A DNA stretch of 51,022 bases from Kiritimatiellia bacterium (GCA_017631385.1 JAGBTH010000068.1:1-51022); one strand, 5' to 3'; positions 29,505 to 40,503 are shown, counted from the first letter of the stretch. The notes: generated from the sequence alone by a model not told the origin. Translations and numbers: made by a program.

Positions 29505-31718
29505 TTATGCCGTAATCGATAATAATCCCGAAAGCGATGTGCGGCGCTCGCGAACAGTATTCGTTTGGATCGCCTTATCTACCGCGTATGGAACTCCAAT
29601 AACCAAAACAAGTTTTTTGCCGCGCGTTATCGCTGTATATAGCAGATTTCGCTGAAGCATAACATAATGCTGAGTATGAACTATTACCACTACTGCAGGA
29701 TATTCACTACCTTGGGACTTATGAATCGTTGTAGCGTAAGCTAAAACCAGCTCGTCCAAATCGCCCGCATCATAACTAACTGGCCTACCATCAAATGAAA
29801 CTACCATCTTTCGGTCTAGGGGATCAACCGACTTAACAAATCCTGTATCGCCATTATAAACATCCTTATCGTAATTATTCCTAAGCTGCATTACTCTATC
29901 GCCAACCCGGAACGCTCCTCCAGCCCGAATTATCGCATCGCCCTTAGGATTAAGAGCCTTTTGAAGCTCAAAATTCAGATTCTCTGTCCCTAAAAGATTA
30001 CGTCGCATCGGCGTTAACACTTGGATATCCTCTAATGGTTTTAGACCGAACTTACGCGGGATGCGCTCTGTCATAAACTCTATCGCCCTTTTGACGCATA
30101 TCTCAGCGTCTTCGCAGCGTACAAAATAGAAATCACTATCACCTGAAGCGATTTCGAAAGGTAAGCCTTGATTTACATTATGAGCGTTGCGAACTATTAA
30201 GCCCGATACATCTTGACGAAAGATTAAATCCAACTTCGTTGACGCAATTGCGCCTGATGAGATAAAATCTCCTAGTACACTACCAGGTCCAACGCTCGGC
30301 AGCTGATCTGTATCGCCAACCCATACTACAGACGCACCATCGGGAATCGCCGATAATAAATTAGCCGCCAGTTTAATATCAATCATCGAAGTCTCATCAA
30401 AAATAAAGACATCACCCTCATACCTATTACTTTCATCGAAAGTAAAACGATTCGTTACAGGATTCCACTTTAAAAGCCTATGAATCGTCTGGGCTTCAAC
30501 ACCGACTGATTCTGTCATGCGCTTAGCCGCGCGACCTGTGGGAGCTGCGAGTACGACTTTAAGATTTCGTCTTTTATAAACCTCGACTAGCGCTCTAACT
30601 ATCGTAGTTTTACCAACACCAGGGCCACCTGTAATTATAGAAAACTTATTTTCTAAACACCGCTTTAGTGCGAGTGATTGGGCTGAGGCCAGATTAAACC
30701 CCGCTTTTGACTGCCACCATTCTAAAGCTTTATCAGCATCTATCGGCTTAAACGATGAAGGCGCAGCGAGAATGCGACGAACATTTTTAGCTACTTTACA
30801 TTCGGAGGCATAAATATGCCTTAAGCAAATCTTCCTTACTCCACCTTCTACATCCGCAGGTAGCGCTACTATACGCGAGGCTGTAATTTCATCTTCTAAA
30901 GCTGACGAGAGAATCTCAGTCGCTATTCCCGTAAGCTCGTTCGCATGCAAGAGTAGATCATTCTCATAAGTCCAGCAATGCCCCGCGTCTTCAGCCTCAG
31001 TTTCGAGCGTATACGATATTGTCGCGCGTGCGCGCAATGGCGAATCAGACGGAATACCAACCGAAAGAGCAATTTTATCGGCTGTAGCGAAGCCAATCCC
31101 CCAAATATCGCGGCACAACTGATAAGGATCACCCTTTATTATCGCTATTGCGTCTGGACCGTATTTACGCACAATTTTAGTCATTTTAGCGACGCTAATA
31201 CCATACGTCTGACCAAAAATCATACTCTCACGCATCGTTTCGTTGGCATGCCAACTCTTTCGAATCTGCTCTATTTTAGATCGACCTAATTTAGGAACTT
31301 CTGAAAGCCTCGCGGATTGATGCGATAAAACATAAAGCGTATCTTCACCAAATTTAGAAACTATGCGTTTAGCTAAAACCTTACCAATACCCTTAATAAG
31401 GCCTGAGGCTAAGTACCGTTCAATACCAACTAATGATTTAGGCGCCACGCACACTATTTCATCAGCCTTAAACTGACGACCGTGAACCTTATCCGAAACC
31501 CAACGCCCCTTAGCGGAAACTTCCTCTCCCTCCCACGCAGCTTGAGTTTTACCAACTATCGTAATCTCGCGCGCTCTAGCAAGTTCAAACTCCGAGGGAG
31601 GCTCTACATGAAGAACCGTATATCCATTCTCTTCGTTACGATAAACGACGCTTTTAATTACGCCGCCTACCGTTTCGAGCTCTTCTGTATTACCGCTATC
31701 TTTTGGAGTCGACGCCAT
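29505..31718 (-). CDS. recD2: ATP-dependent RecD2-like DNA helicase
   Basis: HGRQF, YLASGLIKGIG, ITGGPGVGKTT, APTGRAAKR, TIHRLL, TIHKSQGSEY, RNLLYTAITR. Confidence 0.95.
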   Translation of the reverse strand: MASTPKDSGNTEELETVGGVIKSVVYRNEENGYTVLHVEPPSEFELARAREITIVGKTQAAWEGEEVSAKGRWVSDKVHGRQFKADEIVCVAPKSLVGIERYLASGLIKGIGKVLAKRIVSKFGEDTLYVLSHQSARLSEVPKLGRSKIEQIRKSWHANETMRESMIFGQTYGISVAKMTKIVRKYGPDAIAIIKGDPYQLCRDIWGIGFATADKIALSVGIPSDSPLRARATISYTLETEAEDAGHCWTYENDLLLHANELTGIATEILSSALEDEITASRIVALPADVEGGVRKICLRHIYASECKVAKNVRRILAAPSSFKPIDADKALEWWQSKAGFNLASAQSLALKRCLENKFSIITGGPGVGKTTIVRALVEVYKRRNLKVVLAAPTGRAAKRMTESVGVEAQTIHRLLKWNPVTNRFTFDESNRYEGDVFIFDETSMIDIKLAANLLSAIPDGASVVWVGDTDQLPSVGPGSVLGDFISSGAIASTKLDLIFRQDVSGLIVRNAHNVNQGLPFEIASGDSDFYFVRCEDAEICVKRAIEFMTERIPRKFGLKPLEDIQVLTPMRRNLLGTENLNFELQKALNPKGDAIIRAGGAFRVGDRVMQLRNNYDKDVYNGDTGFVKSVDPLDRKMVVSFDGRPVSYDAGDLDELVLAYATTIHKSQGSEYPAVVVIVHTQHYVMLQRNLLYTAITRGKKLVLVIGVPYAVDKAIQTNTVRERRTSLSGLLSITA

Positions 31719-34234
31719 TATTGAGCTACGATAATATTCTTACCCTTAGTCAAAACCTGCTTAAAGCCCTTATACTCAAATTCTCCCTCCACAGGAGTAT
31801 AAACTTCACCAGAGACTTTATCGCCATTAAACTTAAGATCTACCTTAACCCATCCGTTCGGATGAGGGTGGCTCGATTTAATTTCGCTGAGGCTGCCTGG
31901 ATTAGGCACTATACAAACCTTCTTAAAAAATGCCGCGCCTGATTTTATGCCGGCGAGTCCCGTTTGCATAAACCAAATAGGATGAGCTCCCCAAGCATGA
32001 CAATCACTACGAGATTCAATATTCTCGTTCTCGGGCTTTTCAAGTAAGGTTGTAACACCTAAATCAATATACCCGCGCCACATATCAAGGCGCTTTAAGA
32101 ATAAATCGGCTCGACCCATCTTAAAGTACGCCTCAAAGAGGTAATATGAAAAATATACTGTACAGCGCGAAAGATCGTTATCTTCAATAAGGTGCTTAAA
32201 CGCCCTCTCACGCTTATCTTCAGGTAAGACATCTCCAATAATCGCTAAAGCCTGAGCGTGCTCCGAGAAATACTTCATAGCGGGTGTATCAGAAAGAAGC
32301 CCACGCTTTTCACACCAGAATTTTTCAACAATCTTCTTTTTTAACTTTTCACACTTATTAAGCCAATACTGAGCTTGAAGATCGTTACCAAATGCCATTT
32401 CGACATTCGCAGCCGACTGCATCGCCAATACCCAAAATAAATTCATCTCAATACTCATTCCAAAACCGAAACGACTATCGGGAGCCGTACCCTGATTAGG
32501 CCAATCGACAGCCCAATCCATAAAGCTCCAACCAGGAAGATTTTGTAAAAGCCCTTCGTTATTTTCGTAATACTCTACACCCGACATAGACTTACGCATT
32601 CCAGGGATACGCGCTCTTAACCACTCGTAATCTGAACCGTGAGCTAAATAATCACCATACATAAGTAAATAGCAAAGCGTATAGGTATACGACTCTTGAA
32701 TGCCGCGCGTCGGAAAATTCATCGGGCATGAACCATCATCGCGGGTAGCGAGCTCAAATATTTCAATCGCACGCTTAATAATTCTATCGTCACGCGACAT
32801 CGCCGCTAAAACCAAAAGCTCAACACGAGAATCACCAGGATACATCTGCTGCTCATAATAAGGACAGTCAAAAAGCATTTCATGACAACACATCTGCATC
32901 GCTCTGGCGCAAATCTTACGGATCTCAGCGAATCGCGCGTCAGCCTTAGCCTCGAATGTGCTTTCAAGCTCAACAGGATAGCGCGACTCTATTAAATGCA
33001 TATCCTTTAATACAAGATCCTCGCCTAGTGTCTCAATATCAATACGACACCAGCGTCCACACCTAAACCATGGTGACGAAAATTCACCTTCCTCACCATC
33101 TGAAATAAAGTCATCGCCATATCCTTCAAGAAACTTACCAATAATCTCGGATCGATTAGCCTTTCGCCTTTTATCAGCTGAGCGTGCCGACTCCGTCCAA
33201 GTCCAAGCGACACGAGCGCCCTTAGCGCCCTTCATTCTAAGAATAGGATATGCGCATGTATAAACACCTAAATCTACAGCAAGCTGAAGTTTAGTATTAG
33301 CGGGAATAATAAGTTCACCACCATTTTTAAAGAACTTATTAAATTTCTCAACGAGAGAATCTTCCATCTCAGCTTTTGTAAAAATATGTTCCTCGCGCCA
33401 TTTAGTTGTACGAGCTACAGCTTTTACAGTTCCGACGGATATCTTATCTTCTGTCTGATCGGGGAGCTGAGTAGGATAAAGCATCCACCCGCCCATTCTA
33501 AGACCCCACATATCAGGACCAGTCCACTTTACAGGTTTACGAACAACAGCTGTCGTAGACCATTTTTCAGGATTAACAGCGTATGGCCCGCGCCCTGTAA
33601 TTTCGAATTGAGAGCCAGTACCCCATACTTTATTAGCGAATCCAATTGGTTTTATACCATCTATCCAGCCTACCTGCCATACTCCCTTACCAGTAGTAAG
33701 CTTAGCATCATACACACCTTCAGCCTTAAGCGCAAATCCGCCGCGATGTGAAAGCTGGGCGAGAGGCCCGTGATCGCCAGTCTTCCAAACAACAGCCTCT
33801 ATAATATGTTTACCTGGCTTTAAATCTTTAATTCGATAAGTCTGATACTGCCAATTCTCAACTGCCGCGCGATTGGGCCCACGTGCTACAAATTGACCAT
33901 CAATCGTAAGATAAAATCTCTCGTCAGCTGAAACATCAAAACTAAGCTCCCCGTCGCCTTGAGCAACCTCAAACTCATTTTTAAACTTCAAAAACTTTAC
34001 CTTACCCTTAGCAACACTTTTAGAGTGAGGTGTCTCATCACCCTTTTCAGTAAGCCCGTTATCACCAGAAATCCAAAGCCAAGCGGCTTCATCAATCGGC
34101 TGAATTCGAATTACATTCGTATTACCTCTCGTAACACGCGCAGGACGGAATACACGCTCAATTTCTAACGAATGAGCAGTATACGTAAAAGCAAATAAGA
34201 ATATTATCGTAAAAAATAAGCAGTTTCTTTTCAT
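31718..34234 (-). CDS. Secreted alpha-L-rhamnosidase-like glycoside hydrolase (GH78-like)
   Basis: Signal peptide, VSADERF, DCPYYEQQMYPGD, FMDW, RSDCHAWGAHP. Confidence 0.85.
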   Translation of the reverse strand: MKRNCLFFTIIFLFAFTYTAHSLEIERVFRPARVTRGNTNVIRIQPIDEAAWLWISGDNGLTEKGDETPHSKSVAKGKVKFLKFKNEFEVAQGDGELSFDVSADERFYLTIDGQFVARGPNRAAVENWQYQTYRIKDLKPGKHIIEAVVWKTGDHGPLAQLSHRGGFALKAEGVYDAKLTTGKGVWQVGWIDGIKPIGFANKVWGTGSQFEITGRGPYAVNPEKWSTTAVVRKPVKWTGPDMWGLRMGGWMLYPTQLPDQTEDKISVGTVKAVARTTKWREEHIFTKAEMEDSLVEKFNKFFKNGGELIIPANTKLQLAVDLGVYTCAYPILRMKGAKGARVAWTWTESARSADKRRKANRSEIIGKFLEGYGDDFISDGEEGEFSSPWFRCGRWCRIDIETLGEDLVLKDMHLIESRYPVELESTFEAKADARFAEIRKICARAMQMCCHEMLFDCPYYEQQMYPGDSRVELLVLAAMSRDDRIIKRAIEIFELATRDDGSCPMNFPTRGIQESYTYTLCYLLMYGDYLAHGSDYEWLRARIPGMRKSMSGVEYYENNEGLLQNLPGWSFMDWAVDWPNQGTAPDSRFGFGMSIEMNLFWVLAMQSAANVEMAFGNDLQAQYWLNKCEKLKKKIVEKFWCEKRGLLSDTPAMKYFSEHAQALAIIGDVLPEDKRERAFKHLIEDNDLSRCTVYFSYYLFEAYFKMGRADLFLKRLDMWRGYIDLGVTTLLEKPENENIESRSDCHAWGAHPIWFMQTGLAGIKSGAAFFKKVCIVPNPGSLSEIKSSHPHPNGWVKVDLKFNGDKVSGEVYTPVEGEFEYKGFKQVLTKGKNIIVAQ

Positions 34235-34260
34235 AATTATATTATATCATAATAAAAATA

Positions 34261-34866
34261 CTAATCACGAACAGCCGGGTTTAAATAAACCGGCAATGGC
34301 TCAGAGACAAGAAACGATGGATTAGCTAGTGCCGCGGCCGCTAGAGCTGATGCCGTAGGGCATACTCCACCAGCATAATCAGAGCCAAACGTTTCCTTTA
34401 AAAGCGATTCTATTCGAGCTGCATCGGGAGTTACCACTTTAACTCCAATGGGAACTCTTAAATGCAGCATCTCTCCATCAACCTGAAAAATATTTGTAAC
34501 GAGTTTAGGTCCATCAAATAAAGCAACCCAGTACTTACCTCTTCTAGCGTCTCCAACGACAGCCAAAGGCCCTTCAGTTGGCGCGAAAGCACACGGCGAG
34601 GGAAGTCCCTTAACAGTGCAAGCCGATCCTATTGCATAACCCTGAGCGAAGGCTAACGCCGCCCTTATGCCGGCGAAGGAGCCTGGGCCTGTCCCCACGA
34701 CAATACCATCAAGCGAAGCATCAGCTAAAAAAGCACGAACTTCACTCACCCACGCGCCACTATTAATCCCGACTGAATTAAGCTCCGCGCTGGCAACTAC
34801 GACTCCATCTTTAACTAAAGCTAAAGATCCTTTATCGGTTGAACGATCTATAAAAAGCGTATTCAT
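34261..34866 (-). CDS. tsaB: tRNA threonylcarbamoyladenosine biosynthesis protein TsaB
   Basis: LFIDRST, VGTGPGSFAGIR, DARRG, PLPVY. Confidence 0.9.
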   Translation of the reverse strand: MNTLFIDRSTDKGSLALVKDGVVVASAELNSVGINSGAWVSEVRAFLADASLDGIVVGTGPGSFAGIRAALAFAQGYAIGSACTVKGLPSPCAFAPTEGPLAVVGDARRGKYWVALFDGPKLVTNIFQVDGEMLHLRVPIGVKVVTPDAARIESLLKETFGSDYAGGVCPTASALAAAALANPSFLVSEPLPVYLNPAVRD

Positions 34867-36365
34867 TTTTTTAAAACCCTATAATACTTCTCGTGACCAT
34901 AAGGAAAATCGTTAGGTATATAATTACCAACCCGTGAATTTACAAGAGTATAATTCCTGGTAATGTGGGTATATATCCAAGGACAATCCTCTCTTAATAT
35001 CTCCTGACAACGATGCCAATGCTTAATGCGATCTTCTTTATTTAACGCCGCCATAGCCTTATCATATTCTAAATCGTATTCAGGATTATCATAGCATGAA
35101 CGATTAGAACCTGGACTTTTATTTTTAGAATGAAAAAGTTGAAGAAAATTCTCAGGATCTGGATAATCAGCAACCCACGCCATCATATAAAGCTGAACAT
35201 TACCCTTATTAACCGAATTAAGAAATGCATGCCAAGTCTGAAATTTAAGTTCAATTTTCACGCCTATTTTAGCGAAAAAACTCGCCACTAATTCACCTGC
35301 TTCACGACTATCCTGAGTAGGTCGCCCAATAGAAAGAGAAATTTGAAGACTGCGACCTGTAGTTGGATCAATACCATCGGGATAACCAGCCTCTTTAAGG
35401 AGTTTTCTAGCTTTTTCTAGATTAAAGGAATACTCGAACGGCGTTGTAAGACATCCTTCGACAGTTGGAGGCACAGGCCCTGTTATTTCGCAAATACTAT
35501 TATTATAAAAGAGCTTCCACCTAGGAAAATCAAATGCACATGATAAAGCCTGCCGCAATTTTTTATTCTTACCTAAAACAGGATCATTCATATTCATCCC
35601 GATATAACGAACCTCATTAGCGGGAGCTCCTCCACAAAGTCTGATGCCGCGAGCTTCAAGCGAGGGGTGAAGACGCCCTTCTTCATTCATTACAGAACTC
35701 CAATTATCACGGGCGATTTCACCTAAAATGTCAATTTCACCATTTAAAAACATTAACCATTGAGTAGAGACATCTCCTACAACTATATATCGCACTTCAT
35801 TAAACGCATTTAAGCCGCCATCCTCTGAAAGCGCCCACCCACGCCAATCAGGATTACGTTCAAAAACAAGCTCGTAATTACGCCACCATGATTTTAATTT
35901 ATATGGACCAGTTGACTCATCGTTCTTACCCTGAATCGCACAATACGCCATCGTCAACATCCATGGAAAAACATGTTGCTTATCTTTAAGATGAATCTTA
36001 AAAGACCGCTCATCCGTAACGATAACATCATCTACATTCTTCATCGTCCAAGAGCCTGGGGATGGATTATCTCGATCTCTCAGCCTATCAATACTGCGCT
36101 TTACATCGTATGCAGTAAGAGATGTCGACGAAACCATTTTAAAACTATATGTTAAGCCATCAGATGATAGATTTACCAATTCGCACACACCAGACTTGGT
36201 TTTATAAGGTCTTGCGCTGTAATCAATCTCAAGAGGCGTATCATATAATAATTGAACAGCGTGGCAATCATACGTCGACTGAGCCTTAACTGGATCGAGA
36301 GAATCAGTTGCTACAAGAGCGCGTGTAAAAGTCACGGCCAAAAAGGCAGCTACCGAAAAAGTCAT
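34863..36365 (-). CDS. ABC transporter solute-binding protein, family 5 (oligopeptide-type)
   Basis: SLDP, TGPYKL, NKKLRQALS, WVADYPDPENFLQLF, EDCPWI. Confidence 0.85.
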   Translation of the reverse strand: MTFSVAAFLAVTFTRALVATDSLDPVKAQSTYDCHAVQLLYDTPLEIDYSARPYKTKSGVCELVNLSSDGLTYSFKMVSSTSLTAYDVKRSIDRLRDRDNPSPGSWTMKNVDDVIVTDERSFKIHLKDKQHVFPWMLTMAYCAIQGKNDESTGPYKLKSWWRNYELVFERNPDWRGWALSEDGGLNAFNEVRYIVVGDVSTQWLMFLNGEIDILGEIARDNWSSVMNEEGRLHPSLEARGIRLCGGAPANEVRYIGMNMNDPVLGKNKKLRQALSCAFDFPRWKLFYNNSICEITGPVPPTVEGCLTTPFEYSFNLEKARKLLKEAGYPDGIDPTTGRSLQISLSIGRPTQDSREAGELVASFFAKIGVKIELKFQTWHAFLNSVNKGNVQLYMMAWVADYPDPENFLQLFHSKNKSPGSNRSCYDNPEYDLEYDKAMAALNKEDRIKHWHRCQEILREDCPWIYTHITRNYTLVNSRVGNYIPNDFPYGHEKYYRVLKK

Positions 36366-36694
36366 TTCCGAATCTCCAAATAAACCTCAAGCCTCTTAGG
36401 AGCACCCGGTAAAAGTAGAAGAGTACGTTTTACGGCAGCGAGTTTAGAACGTAGCGTAAAAAGCGCAGGAGCGCTTTTTACGTAAAGAAAAAGCTTATTG
36501 CCTTCGCGGCGACCTGGCGTCGCTCCAAAATTAGGAAAAAGCTCATTCCATTTATCCTTTAAACAGTCGAAAAAAGAATCAGGAACATACGATAAATTCT
36601 TAATCGACGCTTCTACTGCAGAAGCAAATGAAGTGTGTAGCCCGCGCTTTTCAGGCTCAATCGGTCGCCAATTCACTCCATTTTCAAAAGCCAC
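36362..36694 (-). CDS. Small hypothetical protein, possibly DUF721/DciA-like
   Basis: Pattern W.ELF...ATP....NKLFLYVKSAP resembles DUF721; overlaps or abuts both neighbours. Confidence 0.55.
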   Translation of the reverse strand: MAFENGVNWRPIEPEKRGLHTSFASAVEASIKNLSYVPDSFFDCLKDKWNELFPNFGATPGRREGNKLFLYVKSAPALFTLRSKLAAVKRTLLLLPGAPKRLEVYLEIRK

Positions 36695-37837
36695 TTAATT
36701 TTCGCTCGCTTTCATCTGAAGCCAAGACTCAATAAACTGCTGAATATTACCATCCATAACGCCATTTACATCGCTCGTTTCAGTTTCGGTTCTTAGATCC
36801 TTGACCATAGTATAAGGACAGAAGACATAAGAGCGAATCTGACTACCCCAACCATTCTCAGACTTAGCGCCATAAAAACGATCCATCTCAGCCTTCTTCT
36901 GATCTTCATAATATTCATAAAGCTGAGCACGAAGCATGTTCATCGCCTTCTCTTTATTCATGTGCTGAGAGCGCTCCTTCTGACATGCCACCACTATACC
37001 AGTCGGCAAGTGAGTAAGACGAACGGCGGAGTCAGTCTTATTAACGTGCTGACCACCAGCACCACCGGCACGATAAGTATCAATGCGAAGATCTTCGTCT
37101 TTTATCTCAACGTCAATATCGTCATTAATTTCTGCGACGGTCTCCATCGAAGCGAATGATGTCTGGCGGCGCTTATTCGCGTCAAATGGCGAAATTCTAA
37201 CAAGACGATGAATGCCGCGTTCAGCCTTAAGCATACCGAACGCATAAGAGCCCTCGACGCGGAAGTAGACATCCTTATAGCCAGCTTCTTCACCAACCTG
37301 GACATCGTATTCTTCAACTTTCCAACCTTGACTCTCGGCATAGCGCTGATACATTCGATAAAGCATCGCGACCCAGTCACACGCTTCAGTGCCGCCTTGA
37401 CCAGCATGAAGCTTAACGAATACATTGCACTGGTCGAATTTACCGCCGAGCAAAGACTGCATTCTAAGCTTAGAGAAATACTGATCCGCTTTATCGCATT
37501 CACTAAGAGTATCTTTAAAAGCTATCTGCTGAGCCTCACCTTCTTCCATTTCGGCGAGCTCAAACATTACTTGGGCATCTTCAATCGTTTTTAAAAGAGA
37601 GTCGTAGGGAACAGTATAGGCTCTTTCAGCATTTGTCGCGGCAATAACTTCGCGAGCTTTATTCTGATTGTTCCAAAAGTCACCCTGGGCTTGAAGATCT
37701 TCAAGTTTAGCTAAGTTAGCCCTGCGCTCATCAATCTTAATATATGAGGCCATATCGTCAGAATTCTTTTTAAGCTCAGCAAGACGCTGACGAACTTCTT
37801 CAGACTCGATCAATTTAACTTTTACTTCTTCAGCCAT
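36695..37837 (-). CDS. prfB: Peptide chain release factor 2, encoded without a frameshift
   Basis: GGTEACDW, HRLVRISPFD (SPF), GGAGGQHVNKTDSAVR, WGSQIRSYV; single uninterrupted ORF. Confidence 0.97.
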   Translation of the reverse strand: MAEEVKVKLIESEEVRQRLAELKKNSDDMASYIKIDERRANLAKLEDLQAQGDFWNNQNKAREVIAATNAERAYTVPYDSLLKTIEDAQVMFELAEMEEGEAQQIAFKDTLSECDKADQYFSKLRMQSLLGGKFDQCNVFVKLHAGQGGTEACDWVAMLYRMYQRYAESQGWKVEEYDVQVGEEAGYKDVYFRVEGSYAFGMLKAERGIHRLVRISPFDANKRRQTSFASMETVAEINDDIDVEIKDEDLRIDTYRAGGAGGQHVNKTDSAVRLTHLPTGIVVACQKERSQHMNKEKAMNMLRAQLYEYYEDQKKAEMDRFYGAKSENGWGSQIRSYVFCPYTMVKDLRTETETSDVNGVMDGNIQQFIESWLQMKASEN

Positions 37838-37857
37838 AAAACACCTCTATTAATTAA

Positions 37858-37897
37858 AATAAAGAAATCGCCCCTACTAAGAGGCGATTTCTTTTAT
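37858..37897 (-). terminator. Intrinsic terminator after secDF
   Basis: AAAGAAATCGCC-loop-GGCGATTTCTTT (37861-37894). Confidence 0.85.
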
Positions 37898-37909
37898 ACA
37901 AAGTCTTAT

Positions 37910-40462
37910 TTACTTGACTTCTTTAACATCCTCATCATTAAACGAAGGACGCTTATTACGATACCACCACATCATCACGGGAGTTGCAATGAATACCGAC
38001 GAATAGGTACCTGCTATAATACCGAAGAGCATCGTAAGAGCGAAGTCGTAAATCGAACCATCGACAAAGATGAAGAGCACCGCGACAGTGAAGAACGTTG
38101 TCAAAGACGTAATGAAGGTACGACCAAGGCAAGAGTTAATCGCCGCGTTACAAACATCCTTCAAAGGTGTACGTGAATCGCGCTTGAGAATTTCGCGAAT
38201 ACGGTCAAATACAACGACTGTATCGTTAATTGAGTATCCGATAATCGTCAAGAGAGCCGTAACTACAATAAGCGAAACCTGACGACCACAGAGCGAGAAA
38301 AGACCAAGAGCGATAAACGCGTCGTGAGCGAGCGCAACAATACCACCGAGACCAAAGCCAAAACGGAATCTGAAACCGATGTAAATCAAAATCGCAATAA
38401 GCGAGAAGATTACAGCCTTAGTTCCAGACGATCTCAAATCGTTACCGACCGTAGGACCGATCTGATCGCAGCTCTTAAGCTCGAGCTCTAAGCCCTTGAG
38501 AGCTTCGGAGCTATCGATAAGCTTCTTAATCTGAGATTCGGTATCACCCTTATCAACACCAGTCTTAATAGAGAGAATGCTGCCATTATCACCAGTCTGA
38601 ATGAGCGCGGCATTGTCGAACGAATTAATCGCCTTGCGAATCTCACCGACATTAGCCTCACCCGCCTTAACATCATAAACGATAGAAGTACCACCAGTTA
38701 AATCTACAGCAAGCACGCTCGTAGGCTTAGTAAATACTCTATAGGTAAACAAGCCAAGCGTAGCAACGATAATAACAGCCGAAATAATTACGCACTTCTT
38801 ACCTAACGATACAAAGTCAAAATTAGGATTCTTAAAGAATTGAACCATCTTAAAGGGCTTAGTGCGGTTAGGATCGGTCGTGTGATCGAAAACAAGACGC
38901 GTAACAACAATAGCGGTAAACATCGAAATAACGACACCGCCCGTAAGCATAATAGCGAAACCACGAACAGGACCCGTACCGACAACATAAAGGATAATAC
39001 CAGTTAAGATCGTCGTAATATTAGAGTCGACGATCGCAGTGAAAGCCTTAGCATAACCAGCGCTGACGGCCTTACCCGCAGTAGCACCACGAGCAAACTC
39101 CTCGCGAATGCGTTCGTAAATAAGAACGTTAGCGTCGACAGCCATACCGAGAGTAAGAACGAGACCAGCAATACCAGGCATCGTCAATACAGGAAGCTGG
39201 AACTGACCAGTAGCGCCCTCAACATTATCAACGAAAACACCGAGGAGGCTCGCTACTAAGAAAAGCGATACGGGCAAGAGGAATACATCGAGGAAGAGCG
39301 CGATATTCGCAACAAAACCAGCACCCCAATAATAAAACACCATAAATATCGCTACGAGAAGGAATCCGATCGACGCGGCGTAAATACCAGAGTTAATCGC
39401 ATCTGTACCAACGGTAGCAGCAACCTCAGATGTAGCAGCTATCTTAAGAGGAGCTGGAAGAGCGCCGATATTAAGGTCATTAGCGAGCGTCATAGCCTCT
39501 TCTAAGCTAAAATTACCGGTAATCTGACCATTAGCACCAATAGCATCGTTAATGACAGGTGAAGAAATCAACTCACCATCAAGAATAATCGCAAGCTGAC
39601 GACCAATATTGTTACCAGTAAGCTTACGGAACTTAGCTGGCAAGCCATCCTTATCCTTCAACTTAAAATCAATAACATATCCGCCAGCGAGATTATCCGA
39701 AGATACCGCTCTAGCAGAATCAAGATCCTCACCTTTAAGGCGAATCTTCTTCTCTACGAAGCGACCGATATATTTAGCGTTTTTACGGCCATTGGCATCA
39801 ATAACAAAGGGATTACTCTCATCACGCTGGAAGATAAACTTAACATCGCGCTGAATCGAGCGATCCTTAATACCGAACTTAGCCAATTCAGCTAAATAAT
39901 TGGCGTTAGTAGAAACAGTTAAAAAATCAGCAGCTTTAACAAAGCCACCGTCAACGCGTCTATAGCCCTTAGGAGCTGATTCATTAAGCTCAAGATCATT
40001 TAAAAGATCTCTTTCGCGCATATAAACAAAGCGGAATTCAAGAGACGACATTTCGCTAAGACGCTCACGAGCCGCGTCAGAAGCCTCCTTCCTAGCGCCG
40101 GGCAACTCAACGATAAATCTAGGAGATTCGTCATTCTTAACAGGCTGAATAACAGGCTCGTTAGTACCCATAGCATCAACACGACGACGAATAATCTCAA
40201 CAATACGATCCTCGCTATCGTTAAGAACCTCAGCCTCACGCTTATTAAGCTCTTCAGCGCTGAGATTAGGCGACTCATCGAGAAGATTCGCTTTTAAACG
40301 GTCTCTATCGACCTCAAGCGTAAAACGAGTACCACCAGCGAGATCAAGGCCTAAGCGAACCTTCTCCTTAGGAGGCATTACAAGATAAACCGAACCTACA
40401 GCTAGAATAAGCAGCACAAGCCACTTCCAGATGTTCTTAATAAACAAGGATTCCTTTGACAT
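37910..40462 (-). CDS. secDF: Fused protein translocase subunit SecDF
   Basis: LGLDLAGG, LAIILDG, GMAVDANVLIYERIREE, VDLTGG, GYSINDTVVVFDRIRE, GTYSSVFIATP. Confidence 0.97.
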   Translation of the reverse strand: MSKESLFIKNIWKWLVLLILAVGSVYLVMPPKEKVRLGLDLAGGTRFTLEVDRDRLKANLLDESPNLSAEELNKREAEVLNDSEDRIVEIIRRRVDAMGTNEPVIQPVKNDESPRFIVELPGARKEASDAARERLSEMSSLEFRFVYMRERDLLNDLELNESAPKGYRRVDGGFVKAADFLTVSTNANYLAELAKFGIKDRSIQRDVKFIFQRDESNPFVIDANGRKNAKYIGRFVEKKIRLKGEDLDSARAVSSDNLAGGYVIDFKLKDKDGLPAKFRKLTGNNIGRQLAIILDGELISSPVINDAIGANGQITGNFSLEEAMTLANDLNIGALPAPLKIAATSEVAATVGTDAINSGIYAASIGFLLVAIFMVFYYWGAGFVANIALFLDVFLLPVSLFLVASLLGVFVDNVEGATGQFQLPVLTMPGIAGLVLTLGMAVDANVLIYERIREEFARGATAGKAVSAGYAKAFTAIVDSNITTILTGIILYVVGTGPVRGFAIMLTGGVVISMFTAIVVTRLVFDHTTDPNRTKPFKMVQFFKNPNFDFVSLGKKCVIISAVIIVATLGLFTYRVFTKPTSVLAVDLTGGTSIVYDVKAGEANVGEIRKAINSFDNAALIQTGDNGSILSIKTGVDKGDTESQIKKLIDSSEALKGLELELKSCDQIGPTVGNDLRSSGTKAVIFSLIAILIYIGFRFRFGFGLGGIVALAHDAFIALGLFSLCGRQVSLIVVTALLTIIGYSINDTVVVFDRIREILKRDSRTPLKDVCNAAINSCLGRTFITSLTTFFTVAVLFIFVDGSIYDFALTMLFGIIAGTYSSVFIATPVMMWWYRNKRPSFNDEDVKEVK

Positions 40463-40503
40463 TTTTTTATTTCCTATTTGTCGTTATAACAATATATCTT
40501 CTT

